Source of the DNA: Acidobacteriota bacterium | Lineage (GTDB): Bacteria; Acidobacteriota; UBA890; WLXD01 | Length of the DNA: 64,000 nucleotides | Direction: 5' to 3' | NCBI GenBank assembly: GCA_963666215.2 | Contig: CAXWPL010000002.1 | Span: 96,001 to 160,000 of the forward strand | Shown: positions 37,549 to 48,400 of the stretch, piece by piece | How positions within the stretch are numbered: position 1 is the first letter of the stretch | How the letters are laid out: each line of letters begins with the position of its first letter | Position numbers and translations under genes: made by a program | The notes under the pieces: generated by a model | What the model was told of the DNA's origin: nothing | The model's database searches: none | The model's input: only the letters and a program-made list of their open reading frames with translations

Positions 37549-39051
37549 TCACCCTCCGGTTACCGCGGGAAGAAGCAGCGCGCGCAACTCCGGGGCGAAC
37601 ACGAACAACACGATGCAACCGATCGCCGTAAAACACAGCGGCACCGTGCACTTCCAGTCGCCTTCCCTCAGTTCTGTTTGGGCCGCGTGTTCGTGGCCGT
37701 GCTCATCCACCCAGGGGGCCGGCGGCAGAAAGAATGCCCGACCCACCACGGGCATCAGGTAGCCGATGCTCAAGAGCGAGCTCAGCATCAGCACGGCGAC
37801 GAACACGTTCATGTCGGCCTCGGCTGCGCCGAGAGCGAGGTACCACTTGCTCCAGGATCCTCCCATCGGCGGAAGCCCGATGATCGACAGGCTGCCCAGC
37901 AAGAACGCCGCCATCGTCAGTGGCATCCGCCGGGCGAGCCCATCCATGGTGGGAATCTCGGTCTTGTGGGCGAAGACGATGATCGACCCAGCGCAGAAAA
38001 ACAGTGTGATCTTTCCCATCGCGTGCATCGCGATGTGCATGCTCCCGCCCAGCGCGCTCGACTGGGTGGCCAACATCGCGCCGAGCACGATGTAGGACAG
38101 CTGGCTGATCGTCGAGTAGGCCAGGCGTGCCTTCAGATTGTCGAGCGTGAGTGCGATAACCGAGGACGCCAGCAGGGTGAACGCCGCGACCCAGCAGAGC
38201 CAATCGGCGTAGTTGCCGTCGGCCAGGTAGTCGATCCCGAAGATATAGATGACGACCTTCAACACCGTGAAGACGCCCGCCTTGACGACGGCCACGGCGT
38301 GCAGCAACGCGGAGACCGGGGTCGGCGCGACCATCGCGTTCGGAAGCCAACGATGGAAGGGCATCAACGCCGCCTTACCGGTCCCAAACGCGAACAGCCC
38401 GATCAGCACCACCGCCTGCGTCCCTTCGACCTTGCCAGACATGATGCCGCCTGGGGTGAACTCCATCGTCCCGCACAGCTGGTAGGTCCAGATGATCGCG
38501 GTCAGCAGGAACGTCACCGAGGTGAGGACGAGGATGCCGAGGTAGACGCGCCCGGCGCGGATCGCCTTCGCATCGCCGGCATGGGCCACCAGCGGATAGG
38601 TCGAGAACGTCAGGATCTCGTAGAACAGGAACAGCGTGAAGAGGTTGCGAGAGAACGCGATCCCGAGCGCCGCGAAGATTGCTACGGCGAAACAGACGAA
38701 GAAACGCGTCTGGTGGTGCTCGTGGTGGCCGCGCATGTACCCGAAGGCGTAGACCGACGTGGGGATCCACAGGCCCGACGCGACCAGCGCGAACAACATC
38801 CCGAGCGGCTCGACCTTGAAGGCCAGCGCGACCCCGGGCATCACGGTGAGCACTTCGAGTTCTGGGCGTCCGCCGGCCATGACTTCCGGCACGAGTTGGA
38901 CGACGAATCCAAATGTAGCCAGTGTCGCGACGACGGTCGTCCAGTCGCGCACGTTGTCGCCCTCGTCGTTGCGACGCCCCGTGATGGCGACCGCCAGGGC
39001 GGCTACCAGCGGCACGCCCAGCGCCGCAGCGATGGCGAGCTCAGGGCTCAT
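37549..39051 (-). CDS. mrpD: Mrp antiporter subunit D family (D2)
   Basis: FLFYE, KAALMPFHRWLPNAMVAPTPVSALLH, NLKARLAYST. Confidence 0.88.
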   Translation of the reverse strand: MSPELAIAAALGVPLVAALAVAITGRRNDEGDNVRDWTTVVATLATFGFVVQLVPEVMAGGRPELEVLTVMPGVALAFKVEPLGMLFALVASGLWIPTSVYAFGYMRGHHEHHQTRFFVCFAVAIFAALGIAFSRNLFTLFLFYEILTFSTYPLVAHAGDAKAIRAGRVYLGILVLTSVTFLLTAIIWTYQLCGTMEFTPGGIMSGKVEGTQAVVLIGLFAFGTGKAALMPFHRWLPNAMVAPTPVSALLHAVAVVKAGVFTVLKVVIYIFGIDYLADGNYADWLCWVAAFTLLASSVIALTLDNLKARLAYSTISQLSYIVLGAMLATQSSALGGSMHIAMHAMGKITLFFCAGSIIVFAHKTEIPTMDGLARRMPLTMAAFLLGSLSIIGLPPMGGSWSKWYLALGAAEADMNVFVAVLMLSSLLSIGYLMPVVGRAFFLPPAPWVDEHGHEHAAQTELREGDWKCTVPLCFTAIGCIVLFVFAPELRALLLPAVTGG

Positions 39052-40529
39052 GGTCCGACCCCGAGGAGCGATTGCGCCGCCTGCAGCGCGACGGTCGATG
39101 GCCACTCGGCGCCGATGCCGAACACGATCGTGCCGCCGATCAGAATCCAGGTCGGAATCAGCATCGAAAGCGGCACTTCCTCAACGTCGGGCGCGTCGGC
39201 CGGCCGCGGCCGGAAGTAGACCACCTCCAGGACCCGCCACACGTAGACGCCGGCGAGCAGCGAGCTCAACATGATGAGGACGGCGATGATCGGCCAACCG
39301 CGCTCGAAGGCGCCGAGCACGAGATACCACTTACTGACGAGCCCCACCGTCCCGGGGATGCCGATCAGGCTCAGGCCGCCGACCACCAGTGCGGCCATGG
39401 TCCAGGGCATTTTTCGCCCGAGCCCGGCCCAGTCGTCGAGGCGGTCGGTGTTCAGTCGCGCAACCACACACGCCACGACCAGGAACAGCCCCCCCTTCGT
39501 CAAGGCGTGGTTGAAGAGGTGCACCAGGCCGCCAGCGAGGCCGGACACGTTCCCCATGCTGATGCCGAGCGTCATGTAGCCGATCTGCGCGATCGACGAG
39601 TAGGCCAGAAGCCGCTTGACGCTAGACTGGTTGATCGCGGCGAACGAGCCGACGAACATGCCGGCGATCGACAGCGGCACAAGCAGGACTTGGATCTCGA
39701 GGACCTCGAAAACGAAGACGACGCCGAAGATCGTGAAGAGGAAGCGCACCAGCACGTAGATTCCCACCTTCGTGGCCGTGGCGGCCACGAACGCCGACAC
39801 GCGTGGGGGTGCGTACGTGTACGCGTCGGGAAGCCACTGGTGGAGCGGAAACAGCGCCAGCTTGATGCCGAGCCCGACGACGATGAACGCGAACGCGACG
39901 TGGACAGTCCGCGACTCCCAGACAAGCTGCAGCCGCACGGCGAGGTCGGCCATGTTGAGGGTGCCGGTCGACTGGTACAACAGGCCCAGGCCGATCAGGA
40001 AGAACGTGCCACCGATCGTCCCCTGAATCAGATAGCTGTAGGCCGCGCGGAAGGCGCGCCGACTGTCGGCCATGGCGATCAGGGTATACATCGACAGCGA
40101 GCTGATTTCGAGGAACACGAAGACGTTGAAGGCGTCCCCGGTCGCCGTCATGCCGAGCAGGCCGGTCAGACAGAGAAGGAGCGCCGCATAGTACAGGTAT
40201 TGTTTGTCGGGATGAAGGTCGAGGCCCTCCGATCCCGAACCGAACGGCAAGACGACCGACGGGATCATCGAGACGATCACGAGCACCCAGGCGTTGACGA
40301 CGTCGATCCGGTACTCGATGCCGTACGGTGCCTCCCAGCCGCCGAGCATGTAGGAGATTGGCTCACCGGTCGAGAGCACCGTCGACAGCATGTGAAGGGC
40401 GATACAGAGGCAGGTCCACGCTACGGCGATCGCCAGCACGCGGGCCGCGAACCGGTTGCGGAGCAGGACGCATGCCGCGGCCGCGAGGAGCGGCACCACG
40501 ACCTGCAGAACCGGGAAGTGCTCAGTCAT
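39048..40529 (-). CDS. mrpD: Mrp antiporter subunit D (D1)
   Basis: GDAFNVFVFLEISSL, KLALFPLHQWLPDAY, KRLLAYSS, HLFNHALTK. Confidence 0.9.
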   Translation of the reverse strand: MTEHFPVLQVVVPLLAAAACVLLRNRFAARVLAIAVAWTCLCIALHMLSTVLSTGEPISYMLGGWEAPYGIEYRIDVVNAWVLVIVSMIPSVVLPFGSGSEGLDLHPDKQYLYYAALLLCLTGLLGMTATGDAFNVFVFLEISSLSMYTLIAMADSRRAFRAAYSYLIQGTIGGTFFLIGLGLLYQSTGTLNMADLAVRLQLVWESRTVHVAFAFIVVGLGIKLALFPLHQWLPDAYTYAPPRVSAFVAATATKVGIYVLVRFLFTIFGVVFVFEVLEIQVLLVPLSIAGMFVGSFAAINQSSVKRLLAYSSIAQIGYMTLGISMGNVSGLAGGLVHLFNHALTKGGLFLVVACVVARLNTDRLDDWAGLGRKMPWTMAALVVGGLSLIGIPGTVGLVSKWYLVLGAFERGWPIIAVLIMLSSLLAGVYVWRVLEVVYFRPRPADAPDVEEVPLSMLIPTWILIGGTIVFGIGAEWPSTVALQAAQSLLGVGP

Positions 40530-40927
40530 CTCCGCACTCGCCGCGAACGTTCTGCGGCGAGCGCTTCGTCGCGGTCCATCTGGACGATCTGGTCTTCTTC
40601 GGCCGTCCCGTAGGCCTCGCGAATCCGGACCACGAGCGCCAGACCGACGGCGGTCGTCGCCACGCCGACGACGATCGCGGTCAACATCAGGACGTGGGGG
40701 AGCGGGTTGCTGAAGTAGGCAAAGCCCTCGGCCCCGGGGCCCAGGATCGGCGGCGTCCCTCCGATGATCTTGCCCAGTGCGACGTAGAACATGATCACCG
40801 AGACCTGGAAGATGTTGAGGCCCATGAGCTTCTTGACCAGGTTGTCGCGGCTGATGACGGCGTACAGCCCGATCATCATCAGCGCGATGCTGAGCCAGTA
40901 CACCCAGTGGCCAGCAAAGCTGCTCAT
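40526..40927 (-). CDS. mrpC: Mrp antiporter subunit C
   Basis: NLVKKLMGL, NPLPHVLMLTAIVVG. Confidence 0.92.
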   Translation of the reverse strand: MSSFAGHWVYWLSIALMMIGLYAVISRDNLVKKLMGLNIFQVSVIMFYVALGKIIGGTPPILGPGAEGFAYFSNPLPHVLMLTAIVVGVATTAVGLALVVRIREAYGTAEEDQIVQMDRDEALAAERSRRVRR

Positions 40928-41367
40928 CGGGCCCTCGCCGAGAAGTAGTAGAACGCGGCCGTCATCGCGGACGCCACGGTCAGGCCGACGCCGAGCTCGA
41001 CGAGCAAGATGCCGAGGTGCTGGCCGTGCATCGGCTCGTGGGCGCTGAGCACGTTGTAGTCGAGGAAATTCCCGCCGAGCAGGAGGCAGACCACCCCAAC
41101 ACCGCCGTAGATTACGACCCCCAGCGCCGCCCCGCGCTCGACCATGATCGGCGGGATCAGTCGCTGGATCGCGTCGAGCCCGAAGATGATCCCGTACAGC
41201 ACGAAGCCAGCAGCGAAGATCACCCCGGCCTGGAACCCGCCGCCGGGCCCGAAGTCGCCGTGAAACTGCACGTATAGCGCGAACAGGAGGATGTACGGGA
41301 TCAGGCCCTTCGACGTCACCCGCAGGATCGCGTTCTCGCGCATCCGCATCGGATTGTCGTGGCTCAC
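40924..41367 (-). CDS. mrpB: Mrp antiporter subunit B
   Basis: HGDFGPGGGFQAG, VELGVG. Confidence 0.9.
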   Translation of the reverse strand: MSHDNPMRMRENAILRVTSKGLIPYILLFALYVQFHGDFGPGGGFQAGVIFAAGFVLYGIIFGLDAIQRLIPPIMVERGAALGVVIYGGVGVVCLLLGGNFLDYNVLSAHEPMHGQHLGILLVELGVGLTVASAMTAAFYYFSARAR

Positions 41368-41942
41368 TCTTCCCCCTCCTCCGAGCGAGGTCCGGTGGAC
41401 GCGTCGTCCTCGTCGTCCTCTTCGCGGCTACGGCGACCCCCGAGGAGCAGCATGACCCCGATCGCGGCGGTGAAGATGACCGTCGTCTCGCCGAACGTGT
41501 CGTAGCCGCGGTAACTCGCCAGGACGGCGGTCACGACATTCGGGATCCCAACCTTGTGTTCGGTTCCCTCGATGTACTCCTTCGTGATGTCGTTGTTGAC
41601 GGGCGCGTTCGGGTCTCCGTAGGCCGGCATGTCTGCCGTGCCATACAGCAGGGCGGCGCCAGTCAGCCCCACGACCAGAAACGGCATGACACGCCACGGC
41701 TGCTGGTTCTCACGTCTATCGGTAAGCGCGAGGGTGCCGAGGAACAGGATCGTCGAGATCCCGGCACCCACGGAGGCCTCCGTGAACGCAACATCGACAG
41801 CGTCCATCAGTGTGAACAGTCCGGCGCTGACGAGGCTGAAAATCCCGGTGAGCATCGCCGCCGCGAAGAGATCGCGCATGCGCACGATCGCCACGGCGGT
41901 GGCGACGAGCAAGAGGAACAGGAGGAGTTCGAACGAGACCAT
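41364..41942 (-). CDS. Mrp subunit A/B-related DUF4040 protein
   Basis: DAVDVAFTEASVGAGIST, PNVVTAVLASYRGYDTFGETTVI. Confidence 0.88.
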   Translation of the reverse strand: MVSFELLLFLLLVATAVAIVRMRDLFAAAMLTGIFSLVSAGLFTLMDAVDVAFTEASVGAGISTILFLGTLALTDRRENQQPWRVMPFLVVGLTGAALLYGTADMPAYGDPNAPVNNDITKEYIEGTEHKVGIPNVVTAVLASYRGYDTFGETTVIFTAAIGVMLLLGGRRSREEDDEDDASTGPRSEEGEE

Positions 41943-42277
41943 CAGTTGTCGCCCTCCTCGTCGTCCACGATCGGCGTGGCGACAACCGGCCAGCGAACGC
42001 CTGTCGCTGCGGCCGCTTTCACGAGCGCATGGCTCGATGTCGGGCTGGTCACGAACAGGAACGCACCGATCAGCACCAGCTTCACGCTGACCAGATTGGG
42101 GCCCGCCTGCAGCATCAAGCCGAGGAGAACCATCGTCGCGCCGAGCGTGTCAGTGAGCGAGGCGGCGTGCATGCGGGTGTAGAAATCGGGAAAGCGCAGC
42201 GTTCCGACGCCTCCCACGATGCAGAACAGGCTGCCGCCCATCAGCAGCGCCCACGATGCGAAATCGAGAGCGCTCAT
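41942..42277 (-). CDS. mrpG: Mrp antiporter subunit G
   Basis: RFPDFYTRMHAAS, SPTSSHAL. Confidence 0.92.
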   Translation of the reverse strand: MSALDFASWALLMGGSLFCIVGGVGTLRFPDFYTRMHAASLTDTLGATMVLLGLMLQAGPNLVSVKLVLIGAFLFVTSPTSSHALVKAAAATGVRWPVVATPIVDDEEGDN

Positions 42278-42555
42278 CGCCTCCCCCTTCCGTCATCGTC
42301 GGCGAGGTTGCCGAATCGGGCGAACTTGGCGACCGCGATCGTCCCAATGAAGTTCACCAGCACGTAGACCAGCGCGAGATCGAGCCACTCCGGTCGTTTC
42401 ATGAAGAAGCCACCCACCGCGATCAAGAGCACAGTCTGGGTCCCGAACATGTTCACGGCGAGGATCCGATCGACGACGCTCGGGCCGAGCGCCGCCCGGA
42501 TGAGGGCCAGCACCATGGTCACCACCACGCCCACCATGGCCGCCGCAAACATCAT
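42274..42555 (-). CDS. mrpF: Mrp antiporter subunit F
   Basis: GPSVVDRILAVN, LDLALVY, FIGTIAVAKF. Confidence 0.92.
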   Translation of the reverse strand: MMFAAAMVGVVVTMVLALIRAALGPSVVDRILAVNMFGTQTVLLIAVGGFFMKRPEWLDLALVYVLVNFIGTIAVAKFARFGNLADDDGRGRR

Positions 42556-43028
42556 GGTTCTAGCTCCAGCGCTGTGAGGTGTCGGTTCATGTCACCGCTG
42601 GCGAGCCCGTCCGCGCTTTCTCTGGTGAGCGCGTGCACGAGGAGCTTTCCGTCGCGGATATCCAGGGTGATCGTGCCGGGCGTCAGCGTGATCGAGTTCG
42701 CGTAGATGACCTGGGCGAGCTCGGTACGCTGACTGGCGTCGATCGCCATCAGGCGGGGCTGGATCGGCATGTCGGGGTCGAGGATCACGCGGGCGACATG
42801 CAGGTTCGACTTCGCGATCTCTTTCAACAGCCAGACGACATAGGACGCCAGCCTCAGCGGGTGAAGCCGAAACTCGGACGGCTGCTTGTCGATGGCGTCC
42901 ATCCGCCGTGCGAGCCAGGTGACCAGAAGAACGGATGCGGCGCCAAAGCCGAGAATCAAGGGCTCGGAGTGCCCTGACCACAGGAGCCAGATGCCCGCGA
43001 GCAAAACCATTCTCACGACACTGCGCAT
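42552..43028 (-). CDS. mrpE: Mrp antiporter subunit E
   Basis: WLLWSG, ANSITLTPGTIT, LVHAL. Confidence 0.92.
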   Translation of the reverse strand: MRSVVRMVLLAGIWLLWSGHSEPLILGFGAASVLLVTWLARRMDAIDKQPSEFRLHPLRLASYVVWLLKEIAKSNLHVARVILDPDMPIQPRLMAIDASQRTELAQVIYANSITLTPGTITLDIRDGKLLVHALTRESADGLASGDMNRHLTALELEP

Positions 43029-43105
43029 CGTTTCTCCGACGTCGGGCCAACGATTCTGCCAGGCAAACCGCCAGATCCCCTTGGTCTGCAAGAACTTGCG
43101 AGTAG

Positions 43106-43189
43106 TGCCCAAGAGAGGACTTGAACCTCCACGGGCCGAAGCCCACTAGGTCCTGAACCTAGCGCGTCTGCCAATTCCGCCACTTGGGC
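43106..43189 (-). tRNA. tRNA-Leu (CAG); CCA not encoded (followed by CTA)
   Basis: GCCCAAG/CTTGGGC acceptor stem, TGGCGGAATTGGCAGAC D-arm, CTAGG-TTCAGGA-CCTAG anticodon arm, long variable arm, GGTTCAAGTCC T-arm. Confidence 0.96.
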
Positions 43190-43203
43190 CCAAAGCGGCG
43201 CTC

Positions 43204-43212
43204 ATTATAACA
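43204..43212 (-). promoter_or_regulatory. Extended -10 promoter (TGnTATAAT) of tRNA-Leu
   Basis: Minus strand TGTTATAAT, 14 nt upstream of the tRNA. Confidence 0.7.
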
Positions 43213-43255
43213 AGGTGGGGTAGCGCGGAAGCGTCGGATTTCTGTGCGAGCTCCA

Positions 43256-45148
43256 TCAGGAACCACGCAGTGGTCGGGCCGGTTGGACGCTGGGCTCGAC
43301 GAGCAGTCCGAGTGGTCGCTTGTCGGTGCTGATCTCGGCTGCCTGGCCTGGTTCGACGGAGTCGAACATCGGCATGCCGCCGGTCTCGGAGTACACGCTG
43401 AAGCGATACAGGAACATGTCCTTGTAGAGGTGGGCACGGCCTGCCGGCAGGACGATCTCGATGCGCTCGTCGGGCTCGAGGGCCCGATCGAACACGTGGC
43501 CTCCCATTCGCACGATCGCGCGATTGGGTCGGCCGCGATTGCGCAGCCGCAGGGTGATCGTGTCGATAGGCTCGCGCGTCCGCAGAATGACTTCGGCCTC
43601 GTGCGCGGCGCCCAGCCAGAAGCCGGTCGCGTCGGGCCGTTCTTTGCGGTACGTCTCGTCGTCGATGAAGTAGGCGTCGAACGTGGCGGGACTGTCAAAC
43701 TCCACCAGGCGCGAGCGCGCGTGGACGTTGAACGGCAGGTCGTGGAGCATCGTCAGCTCCACCGGCAGCAGGGTGTACGGCAGTCGCTTGGTGTGGAACG
43801 ACGGGTTGAACGACGAGAAGAAGGGCGACATCACGATCTGCGCGACGAAGGTCGACCAGACAATCCCGATCGCCAGAGCCGGGCCGAGGCTGGCTGTCGC
43901 CGGAAGCAGAAAGAACGCCGCGGGATAGGCATTGACGAAGTAGCGGCTGCCCACCGTACCGCCGCCACCGATCCAGTTGGTTTTGACAACGATGACGATT
44001 GCCACCACTTCGAGCAGGAAGCCGGCGGCCAGGAAAGCGTGCGGACTCCACATTCGCTCGCGGCCGCGAGAGGAGACGAGGAACAACAGCAGCGCCAGGA
44101 CCGCTGGAAACATGTAGGGAATCATGCCTCCGTTGCGGCCGATCCAGATGTAGATCAGGTCGCGCGCCAGGTTCCCGGCCTCGGGAATCCGCTCGGCGTA
44201 GTCCGACAGGTTGGTGACCATCGAGATGCCGACGTCCTCGAACCCGATATCGGGCGTTTGCAGCGGGTACCCGGTCCCCGAATGGAACGTCTTGCGATCG
44301 CCGCCCATGTAGTTCCAGTCGCCGATCGCCAGCCAGGTGGCGCCGAACAGTGCGGCGATGATCATGGTGGCCGTGAGCCCGAGCGCGAAGCCGCGAAGCC
44401 AGCGGCCGCGGTAGGCCTGCCACGCCAGCAGCGGCAGCAGCAGGATCGCGTTCGGTGGCTTGGAGTAGATCGCCAGGCCGTAGAGCATCGCGGCGAGGAA
44501 ATCGGTCGACGGCGCTCGTAGCCAGGCGGGGCCCGCTCCCACGGTCGTCGCGGTGGGGCCGTGCCAAGCCGGCGGCCGCTCTTTGTAGAGCCAGAAGAAG
44601 GTCGCCAGGAACACCAGGCTCAGGTTGAACCACTCCGGCGTCAGCCAAAAAAAGTACAGGGCGGCAACCGACCCGAGCACATAAAGCACGGTGTACAGTG
44701 CAGCGAGCCCCGCCGCCGCAACACGCAACAGGTACAGATAGCCCGCGGCGAACATCGCCGCCAGCAGAAGGGCATGCAGAACAAAGAACCCGTTGTCTCC
44801 CAGCAGGCGGACGAACGGCGCCGCGACGAGCGCGTAAACAAAAGCCTTGGCGAAGTAGATGCGCCCGTTCTCGGGGTTGCGGACCAAGAACACACCGGCC
44901 GGGCCTGAGGCGTATCCGGCCGCGTAGATGCGCTCCAGGTCGTGGCGCTCGTAGGTGATATCGCCGTCGAACGCGAGGCTGTAGGCCATCGCTGCATAGG
45001 TCGATTCGTCGCTCCAGAACGTGCCCTTGTTCTTGCTCTCGGGGACGCGCATGGTGAGCGCGGTGCCGAGGGCGCCGAGTGCGATCAAGGTCAAACAGAT
45101 CGCCGGAAGGCGCGCGACTGAGAGCGTTCTCACGGGTGGGGTCGACAT
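43256..45148 (-). CDS. Polytopic membrane protein, GT-C-type glycosyltransferase-like
   Basis: WSDESTY acidic motif after the first TM, many TMs, GSRYF, soluble C-terminal domain. Confidence 0.65.
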   Translation of the reverse strand: MSTPPVRTLSVARLPAICLTLIALGALGTALTMRVPESKNKGTFWSDESTYAAMAYSLAFDGDITYERHDLERIYAAGYASGPAGVFLVRNPENGRIYFAKAFVYALVAAPFVRLLGDNGFFVLHALLLAAMFAAGYLYLLRVAAAGLAALYTVLYVLGSVAALYFFWLTPEWFNLSLVFLATFFWLYKERPPAWHGPTATTVGAGPAWLRAPSTDFLAAMLYGLAIYSKPPNAILLLPLLAWQAYRGRWLRGFALGLTATMIIAALFGATWLAIGDWNYMGGDRKTFHSGTGYPLQTPDIGFEDVGISMVTNLSDYAERIPEAGNLARDLIYIWIGRNGGMIPYMFPAVLALLLFLVSSRGRERMWSPHAFLAAGFLLEVVAIVIVVKTNWIGGGGTVGSRYFVNAYPAAFFLLPATASLGPALAIGIVWSTFVAQIVMSPFFSSFNPSFHTKRLPYTLLPVELTMLHDLPFNVHARSRLVEFDSPATFDAYFIDDETYRKERPDATGFWLGAAHEAEVILRTREPIDTITLRLRNRGRPNRAIVRMGGHVFDRALEPDERIEIVLPAGRAHLYKDMFLYRFSVYSETGGMPMFDSVEPGQAAEISTDKRPLGLLVEPSVQPARPLRGS

Positions 45149-45437
45149 GGACGGCAAGCCTACAACGCCGCCGCCTGCCGCAGCAGCAAACCGTTAGCTT
45201 GTCGACCCGGTGGGTGTTACCGTTAATCCGGTCGCCGCAAGCAAGCGGCTGAAGACCAGCCGGATCGACGGATCAGGCCGCGTGCCCCGCCCTATTCGCC
45301 GGGAGCCGCCGCCCCCCGTAGGGCACAGCCCCTCCGGCACACGCGCAGGCCGCGCGGTTCGCAAGCGCGCCCCTACCACGGGCACTACTCGAACCCGCCC
45401 CACCTGCGCATCCGTTCACGCGAGCAGTGAGATCTAC

Positions 45438-48400
45438 ATGGCAAGCGAAGTTACCCCCCCCGAAGCAAACACCGAACCCACCGCCGACGCTCCAGTCGAT
45501 GCGACACCAACGCCGTCCGAATCGACGGCCGCCGCGGAATCCACCGCGGCCGTAGAAGTAGAACCCGTGGGCGCAGAGGAAACTCCTGCCGCCGCGGAAG
45601 CGACCGACACGGGCGAACCCACCGCCGCCGGTGAACCCTCCAACGCCACAGCGGCGGTCACCGAAGAGCTCGCGGCCGCCGTTGAAGAAGCCGCCGTCGT
45701 TGAGGAAGTCGTGGCCGCCGTTGAAGAACCCGCGACCGTTGTTGCCGAAGCCGCAGTCGTCGTAGAGGAACCCCCGTCGGCCGCGGAGCCCGTTGCCGAC
45801 AAGCCGCTCGATGCCAACAGCGTGCTCGCGTTCATGCGCGGTCCTGCTGGCCGCCCGGTCGATGCCACCGCGCTGGCGCGCGAGCTCGATCTGGCCGATA
45901 GCCAGGGTCCGGCGCTCGATCGATTGCTCGCGAAGCTCACCAAGAAGGGCCGGTTGATCAAGACTCGGGAAAACCGCTACGGTCTCCCCGAGAAGATGAA
46001 TCTTGTTGTTGGCACGCTGAGCGCGCACGCCGATGGCTACGGCTTCGTGGCGCACGACGGTGAGGGTCGCGACCTGTTCGTCACCGGGCGCAAGCTCTCG
46101 GGTGCGATGCACGGCGACCGCGTGGTTGCTCGCATCGAGCACCTGCGGCGCAGCGGCAAGGCAGAAGGCCGCGTCATCCGAGTTCTAGAGCGCGGCCGAC
46201 AGACTCTCGTGGGTCGACTGACGAGGGGCAAGAACTTGACCTATGTGGCGCCGCTCGACGCGCGCCTCGGCGACCACGTGATGATCTCCGACGAGGGGAT
46301 CGACGAGTCGCACTTCGGTCACCTCGTGCTCGCCGAGATCACCGAGTATCCGCGCGGCATGCGCGGCCCGATGGGGCGCATCGTGGAGCACCTCGGCGAC
46401 CCGGCCGATCCCAAGCTCGACGTCGAGGTGATCATTCGCGAGTTCGAGCTGCCGCACGAGTTTCCGGCGGCGGTTATTGCCGAAGCCGAAGCGGTGGCCA
46501 CCGAGGTCAGCGAGGCGGAGCTCGAAGGTCGCGAGGACTACCGCGAGCTGCCGATCGTCACCATCGACGGCATCAATGCCAAGGACTTCGACGACGCGGT
46601 CTACGTCGAGATTCTGCCGAGTGGTCACTACCGGCTGCACGTGCATATCGCTGACGTGGCGCACTACGTGCCGGTGGGCTCGGCAATCGATCGGGAGGCC
46701 GAGCTGCGCACCACTTCGGTCTACTTCCCCGACCGGGTCCTGCCGATGCTGCCCGAGTCGCTGTCGAACGAGGTTTGCTCGCTCAAGCCCGGAGTGGATC
46801 GCCTTGTGCAATCGGCGTTGATCGACATCGACCGCGAGGGACGCACGGTCAACTTCGAGTTCCACGACGGGGTGATCCGCTCGGCGGAGCGTATGACCTA
46901 CGCCGATGTCGCCGCGCTCCTCACCGAGAGCGATGGCACCAAGGAGGAACGCTCGGAGCTCAGCGAGCGCTATGCCGACCACACGCCGCAGTTCAGACGG
47001 ATGCGCGAGCTCGCGACGATTCTGATGGAGGCGCGTCGGCGGCGCGGCAGCATCGATTTCGATCTGCCCGAGCCTGAGCTGGTGATCAACCTCCGCGGTG
47101 ATGTCGAGGACATCGTGCGCTCCGAGCGCAACGTCGCGCATCGGATTATCGAGGAGTTCATGATCCGCGCCAACGAGGTGGTGGCGAGCCATTTCGTTTG
47201 GGAGAGCGCCTCGACCTTGCTGCGCGTCCACGAGGGCCCCGATCCGGAACGGGTGGCGAGCTTCCGAGAGTTCATCTCGGGCCTCGGTCACTCGCTTGAA
47301 GGCGGCCAGCGTCCGACCCCGCAGCACTTCTCTCGCTTGCTCGGGCGGCTCGCTGGTCGGCCCGAGGAGCGCGTGGTCTCGATGCTGATGCTGCGAACCA
47401 TGAAGCAGGCACGCTACGAGGCCCACACCGCGTCCGCCGCAGGCAAGGGCGACGGCGGTGGCCACTTCGGCTTGGCGTCGCCGCGCTACGGACACTTCAC
47501 GTCGCCGATCCGCAGATATCCCGATCTGATCGTGCACAGGTTGTTGAAGGCCGATCGCGACAGCAGTCATGTACCGGACTTCGACGCGGCGGGCCTTGTT
47601 GCCCGTCTCGAGACCATTGCGCTGCGGAGCTCGCAGGTGGAGCGTCGTGCCGAGAAGGCCGAGCGGGAATACTGCGGCTGGAAAAAAGTGAAGTTCATGG
47701 CCGACAAGGTCGGCTCCGAGTACATCGGCTACATCACCGGCGTCCAGTCGTTTGGTTTCTTCGTCGAGCTCGAGGAGGTTTTTGTCGAGGGTCTCGTACC
47801 CGTGTCGACGCTCGAGGACGACTACTACCGCTTCGACGAGCCCAATCACGAGCTCCGCGGCGAGCACACGCGCCGGCGCTTCCGGCTGGGTGATCGCGTT
47901 CGGATTAACGTCGCGAAGGTCGACGAGGAGCGCCGACGTGTCGACTTCGGGCTCGTAGAGGGTCCGCTGGCCGTCGATCGGCCTGCCGCGGTCAGCGAGG
48001 ACGCACCGTCGACTTCGGCGGGGCGCGGACGTCGCGGACGTCGTGGACGTCGCGGTGGCCGAGGCGGCCAAAAGCGTGGCCAGCGCCCAACCGATGCCGC
48101 GGACAAGAATGCGCCCGCGATCGCCGCAAGCGCAGCGAGCCCGGCCGCAGAGGGCGGCGCCGAGCAGAGCTCCGGGGCAGAGCAAACGACCGGCTCCAGG
48201 AGCTCGCGCGGTTCGCGGAGTCGTGGCGGACGGCGTCGGCGCGGCCGCGGTTCCTCCTCTTCCTCGCCCTCGGCGCCGGCTGCGTCGTCGAGCGCCGGGG
48301 AGTCCGGCGAACAGGCTTCCGCCGCCGGTGGGCGGAAGAGACCAGAGCCGTCGACCGAAGAATCGTCGAGCGCACGGTCTCGATCCGGCAGGGGTGGACG

